A DNA stretch of 64,000 bases, from positions 61,297-125,296 of the forward strand of contig CAZTHK010000011.1 of NCBI GenBank assembly GCA_964613215.1, in the 5' to 3' direction. Position numbers and translations under genes: made by a program. The stretch is from an uncultured bacterium. GTDB lineage: Bacteria > Krumholzibacteriota > Krumholzibacteriia > Krumholzibacteriales > CAZTHK01. Below are positions 1-9,622 of this stretch, one piece after another. The first letter of the stretch is position 1. The number at the start of each line of letters is the position of its first letter. The notes under the pieces are model-generated. The model did no database searches. It saw only the letters and a program-made list of their open reading frames with translations, and was not told the DNA's origin.

Positions 1-575
1 AAGCAGGAAGGGACTACCGGGCGCCCACCTGCGCCTCCTGTCACATGTCGGAGGCGGACACCCTGCCCCGCAGCCATGATGTAACCGGCCGGCTCTCCTG
101 GGAACTTCAGGCTCCCCTTACCATCAGGCCCTCCGACTTCGAGCCATTCCCCTCCGGAACCTCCCGGCAAGTGGAACGAAGGAGGATGAAGACTGTCTGC
201 CTGCAGTGCCACTCCCCCCGGTGGGCCGAAGGACACTTCCGGAACCTGGACAGGGTGGTGGAGAACTATAACCGGATTTACTACCGGCCGGTCAGAAAAA
301 AGATGGATGATCTTTACGCCAGCGGTCTTCTCTCCCGGGATAAATATTTCGACGAGTACCTGGAGTGGGAATTCTACGAGTTCTGGCACCATGAGGGCAG
401 AAGGGCACGGATGGGGGCAGCCATGATGGCCCCCGACTACGCCTGGTGGCACGGATTCTATGAATTGAAACACCGCTATCTGCTGCTGATGGAAGAGGCG
501 GAGAAAATCAAATCAGACAATAAAAGCCGTTTCTATGATGATTTCCCCGGAGTGCTTGAGAAGCAGGACCAATAA
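1..575 (+). CDS. multiheme c-type cytochrome, 5'-truncated by the window edge (C-terminal part)
   Basis: The frame continues upstream of the listed ATG to position 3 and contains CASCH (nt ~33-47) and CLQCH CXXCH heme-binding motifs. The Trp/His-rich C-terminus resembles HAO/NrfA-superfamily multiheme cytochromes. Confidence 0.6.
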   Translation, partial: AGRDYRAPTCASCHMSEADTLPRSHDVTGRLSWELQAPLTIRPSDFEPFPSGTSRQVERRRMKTVCLQCHSPRWAEGHFRNLDRVVENYNRIYYRPVRKKMDDLYASGLLSRDKYFDEYLEWEFYEFWHHEGRRARMGAAMMAPDYAWWHGFYELKHRYLLLMEEAEKIKSDNKSRFYDDFPGVLEKQDQ

Positions 576-1535
576 TAACCGCCCTCTTACATACAGCCGG
601 AAAATATCATAACCAGCCTGCGGCCACAACTTAAGCAGGGATGATATGTGTGACTATGATCACAGAAAGCACTCGGAAATATATCGTTATCAGCCTTTTT
701 GCTTTTGATTGGATGGCCGCTTCGCTCCCCCTACATAGACCAGAGATATTTGTGCCCTGCTCCTCTCCCGAGTCTGTAACTAACTGGACGATGCCTCTTG
801 TATCAAGCCATACTTTTGATTGGGCCGGCATGAGGGAACAGATGCGTTTCCAGGTCAGTGGCGCTTTAAGCTCTACGGGTTCATGCCCATGAACCCAGAA
901 CCTCAATAGCTGTTTGGTGCAAGGCACCTCCGCCTGCACTGTAATAAGAAACTAAGCCAGGAGATAATACCTCTGGTAGATAATATAATCGGTTCAAGAA
1001 AACCGATCAGGTAAACCTTTTTGCCTTGAAAGAGGGAGGCCTCATAGCTGTTAGGCAGACTCCCATTCTCTTCTACGAACATCATAAATGTCACGTAGCA
1101 ACACTGCATGACTTTCTGGTAAAATCTTGAGCGCGGCTACTAAGTCACTCGCATCAATGAAACCGGCTGCTGCTTGCGGGTGGAAAGTAGCTGATGGCAA
1201 GAACGCAAGTAGCAATATAGTCACCGAAAGCTGAGTGCTCGACATCATTTTTTCAACAAAGAACGAAAACGATTCCCGCGAAAACCTTGGGAAGTTTGCT
1301 CTGGACAAACCCGTCGCTGACTTAAGATAACCTCTCGCATGGATATACGGGTGAAGATCCGTCAGCACATCCTCCAGACGGTCAGCGATTTTCGTCTCGT
1401 CATTGAATCGACTTGCTATGTCAGAATTTATCAGACCTTGGAGCATTTTCCGCCAATGTGGGGTTCTACAACCCTCGACAGCCCACTGCTCAAGGGTTTG
1501 CGCTTCTTTGCTTGGATTCTGACTCGCGTTAAAAC

Positions 1536-1955
1536 CGGTAGGTACAACAAGGATGTTACCGAGCGGGGCTATTCGGTAAAGGATGTTGCCGGGCGTATCG
1601 GCGTCTCGGAGCATAGCCTGTACAAGTGGGTCAGAGCCGCTAGGCCGACAAGCAAGGAAGCGAGCGAGCTAGAGCAAAGCAGACTCGAGAACCAGAAGCT
1701 CAAGGCAGAGCTGCGGCGTCTGCAGGAAGAGCGTGATATCTTAAAAAAGGCCGCGTACTTTGCAAAAGACCCCGAGTAAAGTACGCGTTTATCAGGGCCC
1801 ATCGGCACGAGCACCGGGTAACGGTGATGTGCAGGGTCCTTTCGGTCTATAGAAGCGGCTATTACGCCTGGCTCAAGAAGCCTCTGTCGGACAGAGCAAT
1901 CGAAGATGAGCGTCTCATCAGCTGCGGGATGGCCTGGCGCGGCTCTAGCCTTTAG
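1536..1955 (+). mobile_element. IS3-family insertion-sequence remnant: orfA HTH and leucine zipper, A6G frameshift site, truncated orfB N-terminus
   Basis: OrfA-like GYSVKDVAGRIGVSEHSLYKWV HTH followed by a leucine-zipper region (LENQKLKAELRRLQEE). Slippery heptamer A_AAA_AAG lies at 1743-1749. The -1 frame then reads YAFIRAHRHEHRVTVMCRVLSVYRSGYYAWLKKPLSDRAIEDERLIS, a typical IS3 orfB N-terminus, which stops at 1953-1955, so the integrase core is missing. Confidence 0.75.
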
Positions 1956-2047
1956 GCCAGAAGCCTGGGCCAGCCTGCCGCAGCCCCCTGCCAGAGCCGT
2001 GACAGGACGTTCCGTCAGCTGCATGCTGCAGTTAGGCATAGACATAC

Positions 2048-2353
2048 CTATTGGTGTGCTTGCCTATAGACTCCTACCTCATTAACAAGCCGCTTCCCAA
2101 GTCGGTCCTTTTCTATTTCAAGATCATAGCCTGTCTGAAGATTAAGCCAAAACCTATCTGTAGTACCAAAATACCTCGACAGCCTCAATGCAGTATCAGC
2201 AGAAATCGATCTCTTCCCATGAACGATCTCGTTTATCCTTCTTGGTGATACACTGATGTCTTTCGCAAGACGGTATTGACTGAGCTCGAGGGGCTTCAGA
2301 AACTCCTCTAAAAGGATTTCTCCTGGATGAATTGGTTCAATCTTTCTAGCCAT
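2048..2353 (-). CDS. higA: HigA antitoxin (XRE-family HTH)
   Basis: 101 aa starting MARKIEPIHPGEILLEEFLKPLELSQYRLAKDISVSPRRINEIVHGKRSISADTALRLSRYFGTT, the canonical HigA antidote HTH, 10 nt downstream of higB. Confidence 0.9.
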   Translation of the reverse strand: MARKIEPIHPGEILLEEFLKPLELSQYRLAKDISVSPRRINEIVHGKRSISADTALRLSRYFGTTDRFWLNLQTGYDLEIEKDRLGKRLVNEVGVYRQAHQ

Positions 2354-2363
2354 ATTTTTACTC

Positions 2364-2645
2364 CTAATGATAATCTACAATCTCGACACCATGGGCATTT
2401 CCATTGCGCCACGAAAAACAAATACGCCACTGGTCATTGATACGAATACTGTATTGCCCCTTCCTGTCTCCAGATAGCTTTTCCAACTTGTTGCCAGGAG
2501 GGACCCTCAAATCAACTACCGATTCAGCAGCGTCGATCATCACCAGCTTTCTCAAAGCAGCGCGTTGAAGTTTGCCCGATAGCTTTTTAACCCTTAAACG
2601 AAGAAATACTTTTTCAGTATCCTTGTCCGCAAATGATCTTATCAT
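2364..2645 (-). CDS. higB: HigB toxin (RelE/ParE superfamily mRNA interferase)
   Basis: 93 aa with ...[64 protein letters not shown], the classic plasmid-maintenance killer protein HigB signature, lying directly upstream of HigA. Confidence 0.85.
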   Translation of the reverse strand: MIRSFADKDTEKVFLRLRVKKLSGKLQRAALRKLVMIDAAESVVDLRVPPGNKLEKLSGDRKGQYSIRINDQWRICFSWRNGNAHGVEIVDYH

Positions 2646-2752
2646 GCTTAAGTATTAACGCAACGCATTAATAGTGTCAAGCGTTATTATTTTAAAAGGC
2701 CTAACGATCTCTCGATAAGCGGCGAGTTTTGCTCGTCCGCTTAATCGAGAAG

Positions 2753-3091
2753 TTAGGTTCCAATTATCTCGTTAAGACCTTCAACAATAGTTGCAATCTC
2801 TTCTGGATCAGCCTCAGCCAATTTCTTCCCAATTCTATCAACAGACAGAGTTCTAATTTGGCTGATCTTTACCCAAGATTTCTTGGGCAATTTCTTGGAC
2901 TTAAGCTCAAACGTTAGTGGAAACCCTGCTCTCTGAGACTGGCTCGTCAAAGCTACAGCTATCACTGTTCCGGAGCGTTCATTAAAAATGTTGTGACTCA
3001 ATATCAATACAGGCCTTAGTCCAGCCTGCTCTCTTCCCCGTGTTGGATTCAAATCTGCCCACCGAATCTCTCCCCTTAATATTCTGGCCAT
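2753..3091 (-). CDS. mazF: MazF/PemK-family toxin endoribonuclease
   Basis: 112 aa with [46 protein letters not shown], a MazF/PemK signature. It overlaps the upstream antitoxin by 16 nt. Confidence 0.85.
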   Translation of the reverse strand: MARILRGEIRWADLNPTRGREQAGLRPVLILSHNIFNERSGTVIAVALTSQSQRAGFPLTFELKSKKLPKKSWVKISQIRTLSVDRIGKKLAEADPEEIATIVEGLNEIIGT

Positions 3092-3318
3092 TCGCTTAAC
3101 TCCTCACTCAACCCTTCCTCTGCCATCGACTTTTCAAATTGCGGATCCAGCTTTGAACATTCATAGGCCAACCTTCTGCGGTTCAACCTGTTCAGTTTCT
3201 CTCCCAATGCTTCCTGGATTGCTTGGCTCCGATTTTTGAACACATTCTTTCTAATCAGGTAGTCTAGTTGCGAAAGCATCCCTTCGTCAACTGTGATCGC
3301 TATTTTTGAACGTGCCAT
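3076..3318 (-). CDS. ribbon-helix-helix (CopG/MazE-like) antitoxin
   Basis: 80 aa whose N-terminus [34 protein letters not shown] is an RHH motif. It is translationally coupled to mazF. Confidence 0.7.
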   Translation of the reverse strand: MARSKIAITVDEGMLSQLDYLIRKNVFKNRSQAIQEALGEKLNRLNRRRLAYECSKLDPQFEKSMAEEGLSEELSEWPEY

Positions 3319-3770
3319 ATTACACCTCCAAGTATGACATTACATCATACTACTGCAGCGTGTCAATATTCTTTAAGGAACCTAACAGGGCTGCGGATCA
3401 GCGGCGGGAGAGACCGCGAGCTAGCTCGCAGGGCCTACCGTCCGCTGCAGCCGCATGATGGCCGGCGCGAAGCGACGGCCAGAATGCGGATGGAAATCCG
3501 TAGCCCTGATGGCGCGGCGCTCCAGCGCCACAAAAACCAATAATAGACCATTTAGATATCCCCATATCATTAACTCTCCCAAGGCCTTACGTCGCAAGCG
3601 GCCGCGCCATCATATAGTATACAGCCCTGTATAACTGAATAATCGCAGTATAATCCCGCTGTATAATACAAATAAATTCACTTGGTTTATCCCATCAAAT
3701 TCCCACAAGTAGATACTACCAAATTAATTCCAAATCATGCAACCATTAATATATATGGTTAACATAATAT

Positions 3771-3790
3771 CAGTTCCGACGTCGGAACTG
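3771..3790. repeat. perfect 20-bp palindrome cagttccgacgtcggaactg
   Basis: Read directly from the sequence. Lies in the AT-rich spacer downstream of the T9SS repeat-protein gene. Confidence 0.9.
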
Positions 3791-3810
3791 GAATTAAGCC
3801 GGTTGATTAA

Positions 3811-3849
3811 AAAAGGCCGGGAGCTATATTCAGCTTCCCGGCCCTTTTA
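3811..3849. terminator. bidirectional rho-independent terminator
   Basis: aaaaGGCCGGGAGC...GCTTCCCGGCCcttttac is a GC-rich hairpin flanked by an A-run and a T-run. It lies 35 nt past the stop of the minus-strand gene that ends at 3884. Confidence 0.7.
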
Positions 3850-3883
3850 CTGAAATCTTCCGGTAGATTCAACAGGGAGACAG

Positions 3884-6325
3884 TCACCGGATCAATACCA
3901 TCTTCCTTCTCTGCATGAACTCCCCCGCCCTGATAGAGTAGAAATATACTCCGCTGGCCACCGCTTTGCCGCCGGTGTCTGTTCCCTTCCAGTCTATGCT
4001 GTAACTGCCCGCATCACGTGTTCCATCCAGGAGAATGCTTACCAGCCGGCCCGATGCGTCATAGACCGCTATGCGTACGCGGCCGGATCTTTCCAGGTCG
4101 AATCTAATGGTGGTAGACGGATTAAAGGGATTGGGGTAATTCTGTTTCAGGCAATTCTTCCACGAGACCTCTGGTGTGTCCCCTCCGGTAATATCCTCCG
4201 GCGCCAGCAATGCGAACCCGCTCTCGTTTCCATGGATGTCCACTGCCGCCACCTTGTAATAGTATATCTCATCCCATCTCCAGCCTGCATCGAAAAGAGC
4301 GGTATCACACGGGGAATCAATGAAATTACCGGGTCCGGGCTGAAATCCCGAGGTGGTCCCCCGGTAGACGTTGTAGCAGGCCAGGTCCGGTTCGTTATTG
4401 GGCTCCCAGCTGAGCTGGAGTCCCTCCGGCTGGTAGCTCTGCTCACCGGCCAGGCCAAGCGGCGGGCAGGGGGATAGATTATCCACCGAGTATCCGCTGT
4501 CCGGATCCGAAGTCCAGAAAAGCGCCGGATCATCGGTGTGAGCTATCACCTGGAAGTAATGATAATCCTGGCAGACTGAGGTGGAGTCGAACAGGGTCTC
4601 CACTATCATGGAGTAATGCTCCAGGCGGTAAGCCTCCTGGGTGGAAACCAGCATCCAGTAGTAGGGCTCACCGTTTAAAAAGCCGTGACGCAGAAGGGGG
4701 ATTTCCTCCCTCCCTGCTTCTTCCCCGGCAACCGCTTCAGAGGGGCTTCGAACCGCGAAACCTCCCTCACGGATAACAGCCTGCGCCTGCTCGGTCTCCA
4801 GCGCCCTCCAGACGGTATAACTGCTCACCTCTCCCCTCTGGTAGTCGAACAGGGTTGCATCCCAGGCCAGGTTAACACAGCCACCTTCGTCTCCCGGTAC
4901 ATCTTCCACCGAATGGATAACCGGCGGGAAAGAACCGGCCTCCCCGTTAATGCCGATCTGCTGACAGTATACATCATCATCGTTGTCCCGTTTATCGAAC
5001 CATGTAATAAATGCTCCACCTGCTCCATCCGTTGATATCTGGACCCGTTTCTGGTCCTGGGCCGCCCTGCATACCGGCAGCCCGTTTACATCCCAGAGAG
5101 CCGTCCCCGAAACATCAAACCGCTGTGCATAAATATCATACTCATAGGTCCGGAAATCATACCAGGTGATAATAGCCCCTTCGTCTCCGTCGGTTGTTAT
5201 CTCAGGCCCATCCTGGTCATAAGTTGCCGCGCAGACCGCTACTCCATCTGCAGTCCACTGCACTGACCCGGAAGCATCCACCCGCTGGGCGAATATATCC
5301 GTGTCGCTCCCCCGGTTATCCTCCCAGGTAATAATCGCGCCCCCGGTACCGTCAGGCACTATCTCCGGGGCGTACTGGTCATCCGGTGCATTGCAGACAG
5401 CCACTCCGCCCACACTCCACTGAACCGTACCAAACACATCGATGCGCTGAGCATATATATCATAGTGAGTGCCCCGTATGCCATACCATGCAACTATCGC
5501 TCCCCCCGCACCATCGGACGCTATGCTGGGCAAAAACTGGTCTCCCGCAACAGAACAGAGGTCCACCCCGTCTGCGGTCCACTGGGTTACTCCCGAAGCA
5601 TCTATCTGCTGAGCATATATGTCATAATCTATCCCACGGTAATCTTCCCAGGTTATTATGGCACCTCCCTCTCCATCCGGGATTATTTCAGGGGAGTACT
5701 GGTCCCCCGCCGCCGCGCAGATTGCCACCCCGTTTGCAGTCCACAGGACCGAACCGGAAGCGTCTACACGCTGGACATATATATCATAGTCACTGCCCCG
5801 GAAATCCTCCCAGACCACGATGGTTCCACCCCCCCCGTCGCTGACCAGACGCGGATTCTCCTGCTGGCCCGTTGCAGTGCAGAGGGCAACCCCGTTGACA
5901 GCCCACAGCGCAGCCCCCGACGCATCTATACGGCCTGTATATATGTCATAGTTGCCGTTGCGCAGATCTTCCCATGCTACTACAGCTCCTCCTGCTCCGT
6001 CGGATGCTACTTCGGGGTAGTACTGGTCTCCCGATGCCGCACATAGAGAGATTCCACCGGTAGCCCAGCGGACTGCTCCGGTAATATCTATACTTTGAGT
6101 ATAGATATCAAAATCACTGCCCCGGCTATCATACCAGGCGATGATTGCTCCATCCTCTCCGTCGTATGCTATTCTGGGCCTGTTCTGAGAACCCGGTTCC
6201 GTGCAGACAGGCACTCCATCCTCGTTCCACCAGGCCCGAAGTGATGGCGAAGCCAGGATGAACAGGCAGATCAGTAGCGGAAGAGACACTTTAGCAAATT
6301 TGTACATAGCTGTTTCTCCTTTCAA
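3884..6325 (-). CDS. secreted repeat protein with a T9SS C-terminal sorting domain
   Basis: N-terminal signal peptide, then 8 tandem ~47-aa repeats (G-DQ-P-I-DG-GGAI-W-D-R-G-DIYAQR-D-SG-W-GV-C), an FN3-like segment, and a C-terminus ...NPSTTIRFDLERSGRVRIAVYDASGRLVSILLDG...GVYFYSIRAGEF.. matching the Por-secretion (TIGR04183-type) sorting tail. Confidence 0.8.
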   Translation of the reverse strand: MKGETAMYKFAKVSLPLLICLFILASPSLRAWWNEDGVPVCTEPGSQNRPRIAYDGEDGAIIAWYDSRGSDFDIYTQSIDITGAVRWATGGISLCAASGDQYYPEVASDGAGGAVVAWEDLRNGNYDIYTGRIDASGAALWAVNGVALCTATGQQENPRLVSDGGGGTIVVWEDFRGSDYDIYVQRVDASGSVLWTANGVAICAAAGDQYSPEIIPDGEGGAIITWEDYRGIDYDIYAQQIDASGVTQWTADGVDLCSVAGDQFLPSIASDGAGGAIVAWYGIRGTHYDIYAQRIDVFGTVQWSVGGVAVCNAPDDQYAPEIVPDGTGGAIITWEDNRGSDTDIFAQRVDASGSVQWTADGVAVCAATYDQDGPEITTDGDEGAIITWYDFRTYEYDIYAQRFDVSGTALWDVNGLPVCRAAQDQKRVQISTDGAGGAFITWFDKRDNDDDVYCQQIGINGEAGSFPPVIHSVEDVPGDEGGCVNLAWDATLFDYQRGEVSSYTVWRALETEQAQAVIREGGFAVRSPSEAVAGEEAGREEIPLLRHGFLNGEPYYWMLVSTQEAYRLEHYSMIVETLFDSTSVCQDYHYFQVIAHTDDPALFWTSDPDSGYSVDNLSPCPPLGLAGEQSYQPEGLQLSWEPNNEPDLACYNVYRGTTSGFQPGPGNFIDSPCDTALFDAGWRWDEIYYYKVAAVDIHGNESGFALLAPEDITGGDTPEVSWKNCLKQNYPNPFNPSTTIRFDLERSGRVRIAVYDASGRLVSILLDGTRDAGSYSIDWKGTDTGGKAVASGVYFYSIRAGEFMQRRKMVLIR
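5035..6190 (-). repeat. tandem ~141-bp (47-codon) coding repeats, 8 copies
   Basis: Periodic DIY(A/V)QR...SG..W...GV..C units in the translation of the 3884..6325 ORF. Confidence 0.7.
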
Positions 6326-6623
6326 AGTTATTCACAGGATCTGATTCGGAATCTATTAAAAAGGGAAGAAGCAAAGTGTGGGAGCATGATGCAGGATATC
6401 AATGTCTCTCCCCGATAATATTTACTTTAAACTTATAAATTGAATTATAGCATAAATTTATAAACTTGTAAAGTTTCTTGGTCTGAACAGGTAAAAAATT
6501 TCTGAGATTATACCCCGGGTAAGCCTGAAAGCAGATGAACAAAAAGGTATTCCCGGTGGCGAAAACTTGTAATCGATCCTGAAAGATTATCAGAACAGGC
6601 ATAAACAGCCATGCCACCTAGGG

Positions 6624-7298
6624 CTATTCGTTCTGTATGATCTTCTCTGAAAGCTCCCTCACCGTTCCGATATGACCCCCCACCCGGTAGAATCCTCCCC
6701 CGCCGTAACTGAATATGAAGGAGCCGAGCTCTTCGCTGTCGGGGTAGCCATTCTCACCCAGAATGGAGGAGTCCGCCTTGACGTCCATTATCTCGGCTAT
6801 GAACATGGTATGAAGCCCCAGCTGGATGGTCTTTACTACCTTGCATTCCACATTCATGGGAAATTCCTTCACATAGGGGGCATTGACCAGCTCGCTTCTG
6901 ACCGGAGTCAGCCCGGTATCCGCGAATTTATCGGTATCCCTTCCCGACACCCTGCCGGTGTATGCCGCCACCGGAGCAAGCTCCTCCGAGGGAATATTTA
7001 CCGTATATGCCCCCTTCTCCATTATGTTCCCGTAGGTGTAGGTCGCCTCCCTCAGGGATATGGTGACACATGGCGGATCGGAACAGCAGATACCCACCCA
7101 TGAGGCGGTCATCATGTTGGGAACGCCATCGCTGTCGTAAGAGCCGATCACCCATACCGGACAGGGGGGAACCACGGTTTTTGCTCCCAGTGATTTCTTT
7201 CCCTCATCCCCCGTGCCGGCAAAAGCCGGGAGAAAACAGAGAAGTATAAAAATCGCTGTGGTTATGGCTGCAGCAGCTTTCTTCTGTCTGTTCTTCAT
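6624..7298 (-). CDS. flavin reductase-like (FMN-binding split-barrel) protein with a hydrophobic N-terminal signal or anchor
   Basis: The core VWVIGSYDSDGVPNMMTASWVGICCSDPPCVTISLR...YTVNIPSEE...TGRVSGRDTDKF matches the flavin reductase domain. The N-terminus MKNRQKKAAAAITTAIFILLCFLPAFAG looks like a signal peptide or TM anchor. Confidence 0.7.
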   Translation of the reverse strand: MKNRQKKAAAAITTAIFILLCFLPAFAGTGDEGKKSLGAKTVVPPCPVWVIGSYDSDGVPNMMTASWVGICCSDPPCVTISLREATYTYGNIMEKGAYTVNIPSEELAPVAAYTGRVSGRDTDKFADTGLTPVRSELVNAPYVKEFPMNVECKVVKTIQLGLHTMFIAEIMDVKADSSILGENGYPDSEELGSFIFSYGGGGFYRVGGHIGTVRELSEKIIQNE

Positions 7299-7559
7299 AC
7301 GTTATCCCCTTTCTTTAAATCTGGACTCAATAAGTTGAGAACTATACAGGTTGCTGACTCCCCGGGTGCTGTTGCCAGCAGTCCGCATTCGGCAGCAGGA
7401 CCTTGATAATTATACCATAGATTGGATCATAAAAGATTGTATAGTATGACTCGCCCGAGTCATGTCACCTTAAGGTGCTTCAGTTACATCATTTACTTTT
7501 AACTCTTTTAATTAATACAAGAACATATAACCTGAATGAACCCTGAAATAAAATATTAA

Positions 7560-8237
7560 TTATTTTTTTAATATAATTCTGGCATCGGCAATGATGCAAT
7601 CATCCCGGGTGCACATCACCGGGTTGAGGTCGATGGACTCCATATATTCCTCCAACCGCAGGCACAGCTCAGAAAATTCGATCATCAGCCCGGTAAGCTC
7701 TTGACGGTTTACCGGTTCATTGCCCCGGAATCCATTGATAATATCTGCGGCTTTCAGCTCGCCTATCATAGCCTCGACATCCTCTTCCCTCAGCGGGGCC
7801 ATCCTCATGGAGGTATCCTTGTAGATCTCCACACCCACTCCTCCAATTCCCAGAAGAATTACCGGTCCGAACTGCTGATCCTCTTTGGCTCCGACGATAA
7901 GCTCTGCTCCCTTCACCATCTCCTCCACCAGCACGCCCGCAAACCCCTCCATCCCGCTGAACTGCTCGAAGACGGCCTTTAGCTTTTTCCCGTCCGGAAT
8001 ACCTACCACTACCCCCCCGGCATCGGTTTTGTGAATTATTCTGGGGGAGACTACCTTTGCCACCACCGGATAACCCTGTTTATCTGCAAAAGTGACCGCC
8101 TCTTCTGCCGTTTCAGCCAGATAATAGGATGGCACCTTAAATCCCTCCTCCCGGAGGATCTTCTTGGCATACGGCTCGAGCACCCAGCCGGTCTTGCGGG
8201 ACCGCTTCAGTATCTCAGTGATATTCTTGCTTAACAA
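7560..8237 (-). CDS. acdB: acetyl-CoA synthetase (ADP-forming) beta subunit, ATP-grasp domain
   Basis: 225-aa ATP-grasp protein (PVVAKVVSPRIIHKTDAGGVVVGI...) overlapping the upstream alpha subunit by 7 nt. Confidence 0.8.
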   Translation of the reverse strand: MLSKNITEILKRSRKTGWVLEPYAKKILREEGFKVPSYYLAETAEEAVTFADKQGYPVVAKVVSPRIIHKTDAGGVVVGIPDGKKLKAVFEQFSGMEGFAGVLVEEMVKGAELIVGAKEDQQFGPVILLGIGGVGVEIYKDTSMRMAPLREEDVEAMIGELKAADIINGFRGNEPVNRQELTGLMIEFSELCLRLEEYMESIDLNPVMCTRDDCIIADARIILKK

Positions 8238-9622
8238 TTATTACACCTCTTCATGGCTTCCACCATAAGTATGGCGCCCTCGATGGAGTGAGCTACCGGC
8301 ACATTGTTCAGCTGGAATCCCTCTATAATCATGCGGTACTTATCCACGTGGGGAACATAGGCAATTATTGGTTTATTCTCCTCCTGATAGAGCTGGCTCA
8401 GCCTGGCGCCAACATCGGAGGTAACTTCAGGAAGGTAGGGGAGCAGAAGTACCAGAATACAGTCTATATTGTCCAGCTTACTCAACTCGCCGGCCGCTAC
8501 CACGAAATCATCGTCTTTGGCACTGCCGGTCAGATCAAGCGGATTACTCAGTGAGGCGATGGATTTGATGCTCCCACTCAGCTTCTCCCGGACACCCTGC
8601 TGGACTCTATCAGCCAGTAAGGGCACCTCCAGCCCGGCCTCTGCACAGGTATCCACTGCTACCGCACCATGCCCTCCGCTGGCAGTTACTATACCAACCC
8701 GCCCCTGGATGAGCCTGGGATAGCAGCTCAGCGATTCACAGAAGGAGACCATCTGGTACTCATCCTCCGCTTCCACCAGCCCGAACTGTCTCATAACCGA
8801 TGAGAATATGTTGTAATCGCCCGCTATGGAGGCGGTGTGGCTGGACACCGCCCTGCTCCCGGCAGAGCTCTTGCCCGCCTTCATAACTATGACCGGTTTG
8901 GGGGACCGGTGGGCCGCCTGAACGAATTCCCTCCCCTCACCCTCACCGAACCCCTCTATGTAGAAGGCAATAACTTCGGTAAGATCATCCCTGGCAAAGA
9001 ACTTGAGCAGGTCCAGTTCATTTACCGCCACCTTGTTCCCGATGCTGACAGCCCTGGAAAGCCCCACTCCCTGGCTGGAGAACTTTACCATCTGATCCAC
9101 CAGGATCCCTCCGCTCTGGCTTACTATGGCCACATTGCCAGCCTCCGGCCTGACCATCCTCTCGCTGGGAAGAAAGAAACAATCGACTTTGGCCGGCGAA
9201 TATATACCCAGGCAGTTGGGACCAATCACCGGGAAATCCGCCTCCCCGGTGATGGATAACATCTCCTGGTGGAGGTCATCACGCCCCGCTTCGGCAAACC
9301 CTCCCGAGATCACCGCCGCTCCGCCCACCCAGCACTGAATACATTCCCGCAGCACCTCCGGAACATACTCCGCCCTCACAGCTATGACAGCCAGATCAAT
9401 CCGCTCGGGGATATCAGATATGCTTTTGTACAGCTTCCCCTTGTAATAGGTGCCTCCCCTGGGATTTACCCCGTATACCTTGACCGGGTAGCGGAGATAG
9501 TTCTTGTTGTATATCACGTTAGCGGGGTGCCGGTCATTGTGGAGCGAGACACCCACCACCGCCATGGTCTCCGGCTCGAAGAGGGTTTTAAAATCCAAGC
9601 AACTCTCCTCCCTGCAATTCAT
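8231..9622 (-). CDS. acdA: acetyl-CoA synthetase (ADP-forming) alpha subunit (CoA-binding plus succinyl-CoA-synthetase-like domain)
   Basis: 463 aa with a CoA-binding N-terminus (MAVVGVS...VYGVNPRGG) and a ligase-CoA domain. Operonic with acdB. Confidence 0.8.
   Translation of the reverse strand: MNCREESCLDFKTLFEPETMAVVGVSLHNDRHPANVIYNKNYLRYPVKVYGVNPRGGTYYKGKLYKSISDIPERIDLAVIAVRAEYVPEVLRECIQCWVGGAAVISGGFAEAGRDDLHQEMLSITGEADFPVIGPNCLGIYSPAKVDCFFLPSERMVRPEAGNVAIVSQSGGILVDQMVKFSSQGVGLSRAVSIGNKVAVNELDLLKFFARDDLTEVIAFYIEGFGEGEGREFVQAAHRSPKPVIVMKAGKSSAGSRAVSSHTASIAGDYNIFSSVMRQFGLVEAEDEYQMVSFCESLSCYPRLIQGRVGIVTASGGHGAVAVDTCAEAGLEVPLLADRVQQGVREKLSGSIKSIASLSNPLDLTGSAKDDDFVVAAGELSKLDNIDCILVLLLPYLPEVTSDVGARLSQLYQEENKPIIAYVPHVDKYRMIIEGFQLNNVPVAHSIEGAILMVEAMKRCNNC

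Noticed and set aside
1051-1614. 187-aa minus-strand ORF overlapping the IS3 orfA remnant
   Set aside because: Its 5' end runs antisense through the IS orfA. An internal Met (~1250) gives a 66-aa product with a signal-peptide-like N-terminus, but I recognise no family and the region looks degraded. It is left uncalled.
3334-3543. 69-aa Arg-rich ORF in the GC-rich segment after mazE
   Set aside because: It has no RBS and no recognisable domain, and its composition matches random high-GC DNA. The region may instead be non-coding remnant DNA.
5386-6046. Pro/Arg-rich plus-strand ORFs (152 and 193 aa) inside the repeat-protein gene
   Set aside because: They are antisense to a well-supported 813-aa CDS. 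Their composition reflects the complement of the Gly/Asp-rich repeats, and there is no independent support.
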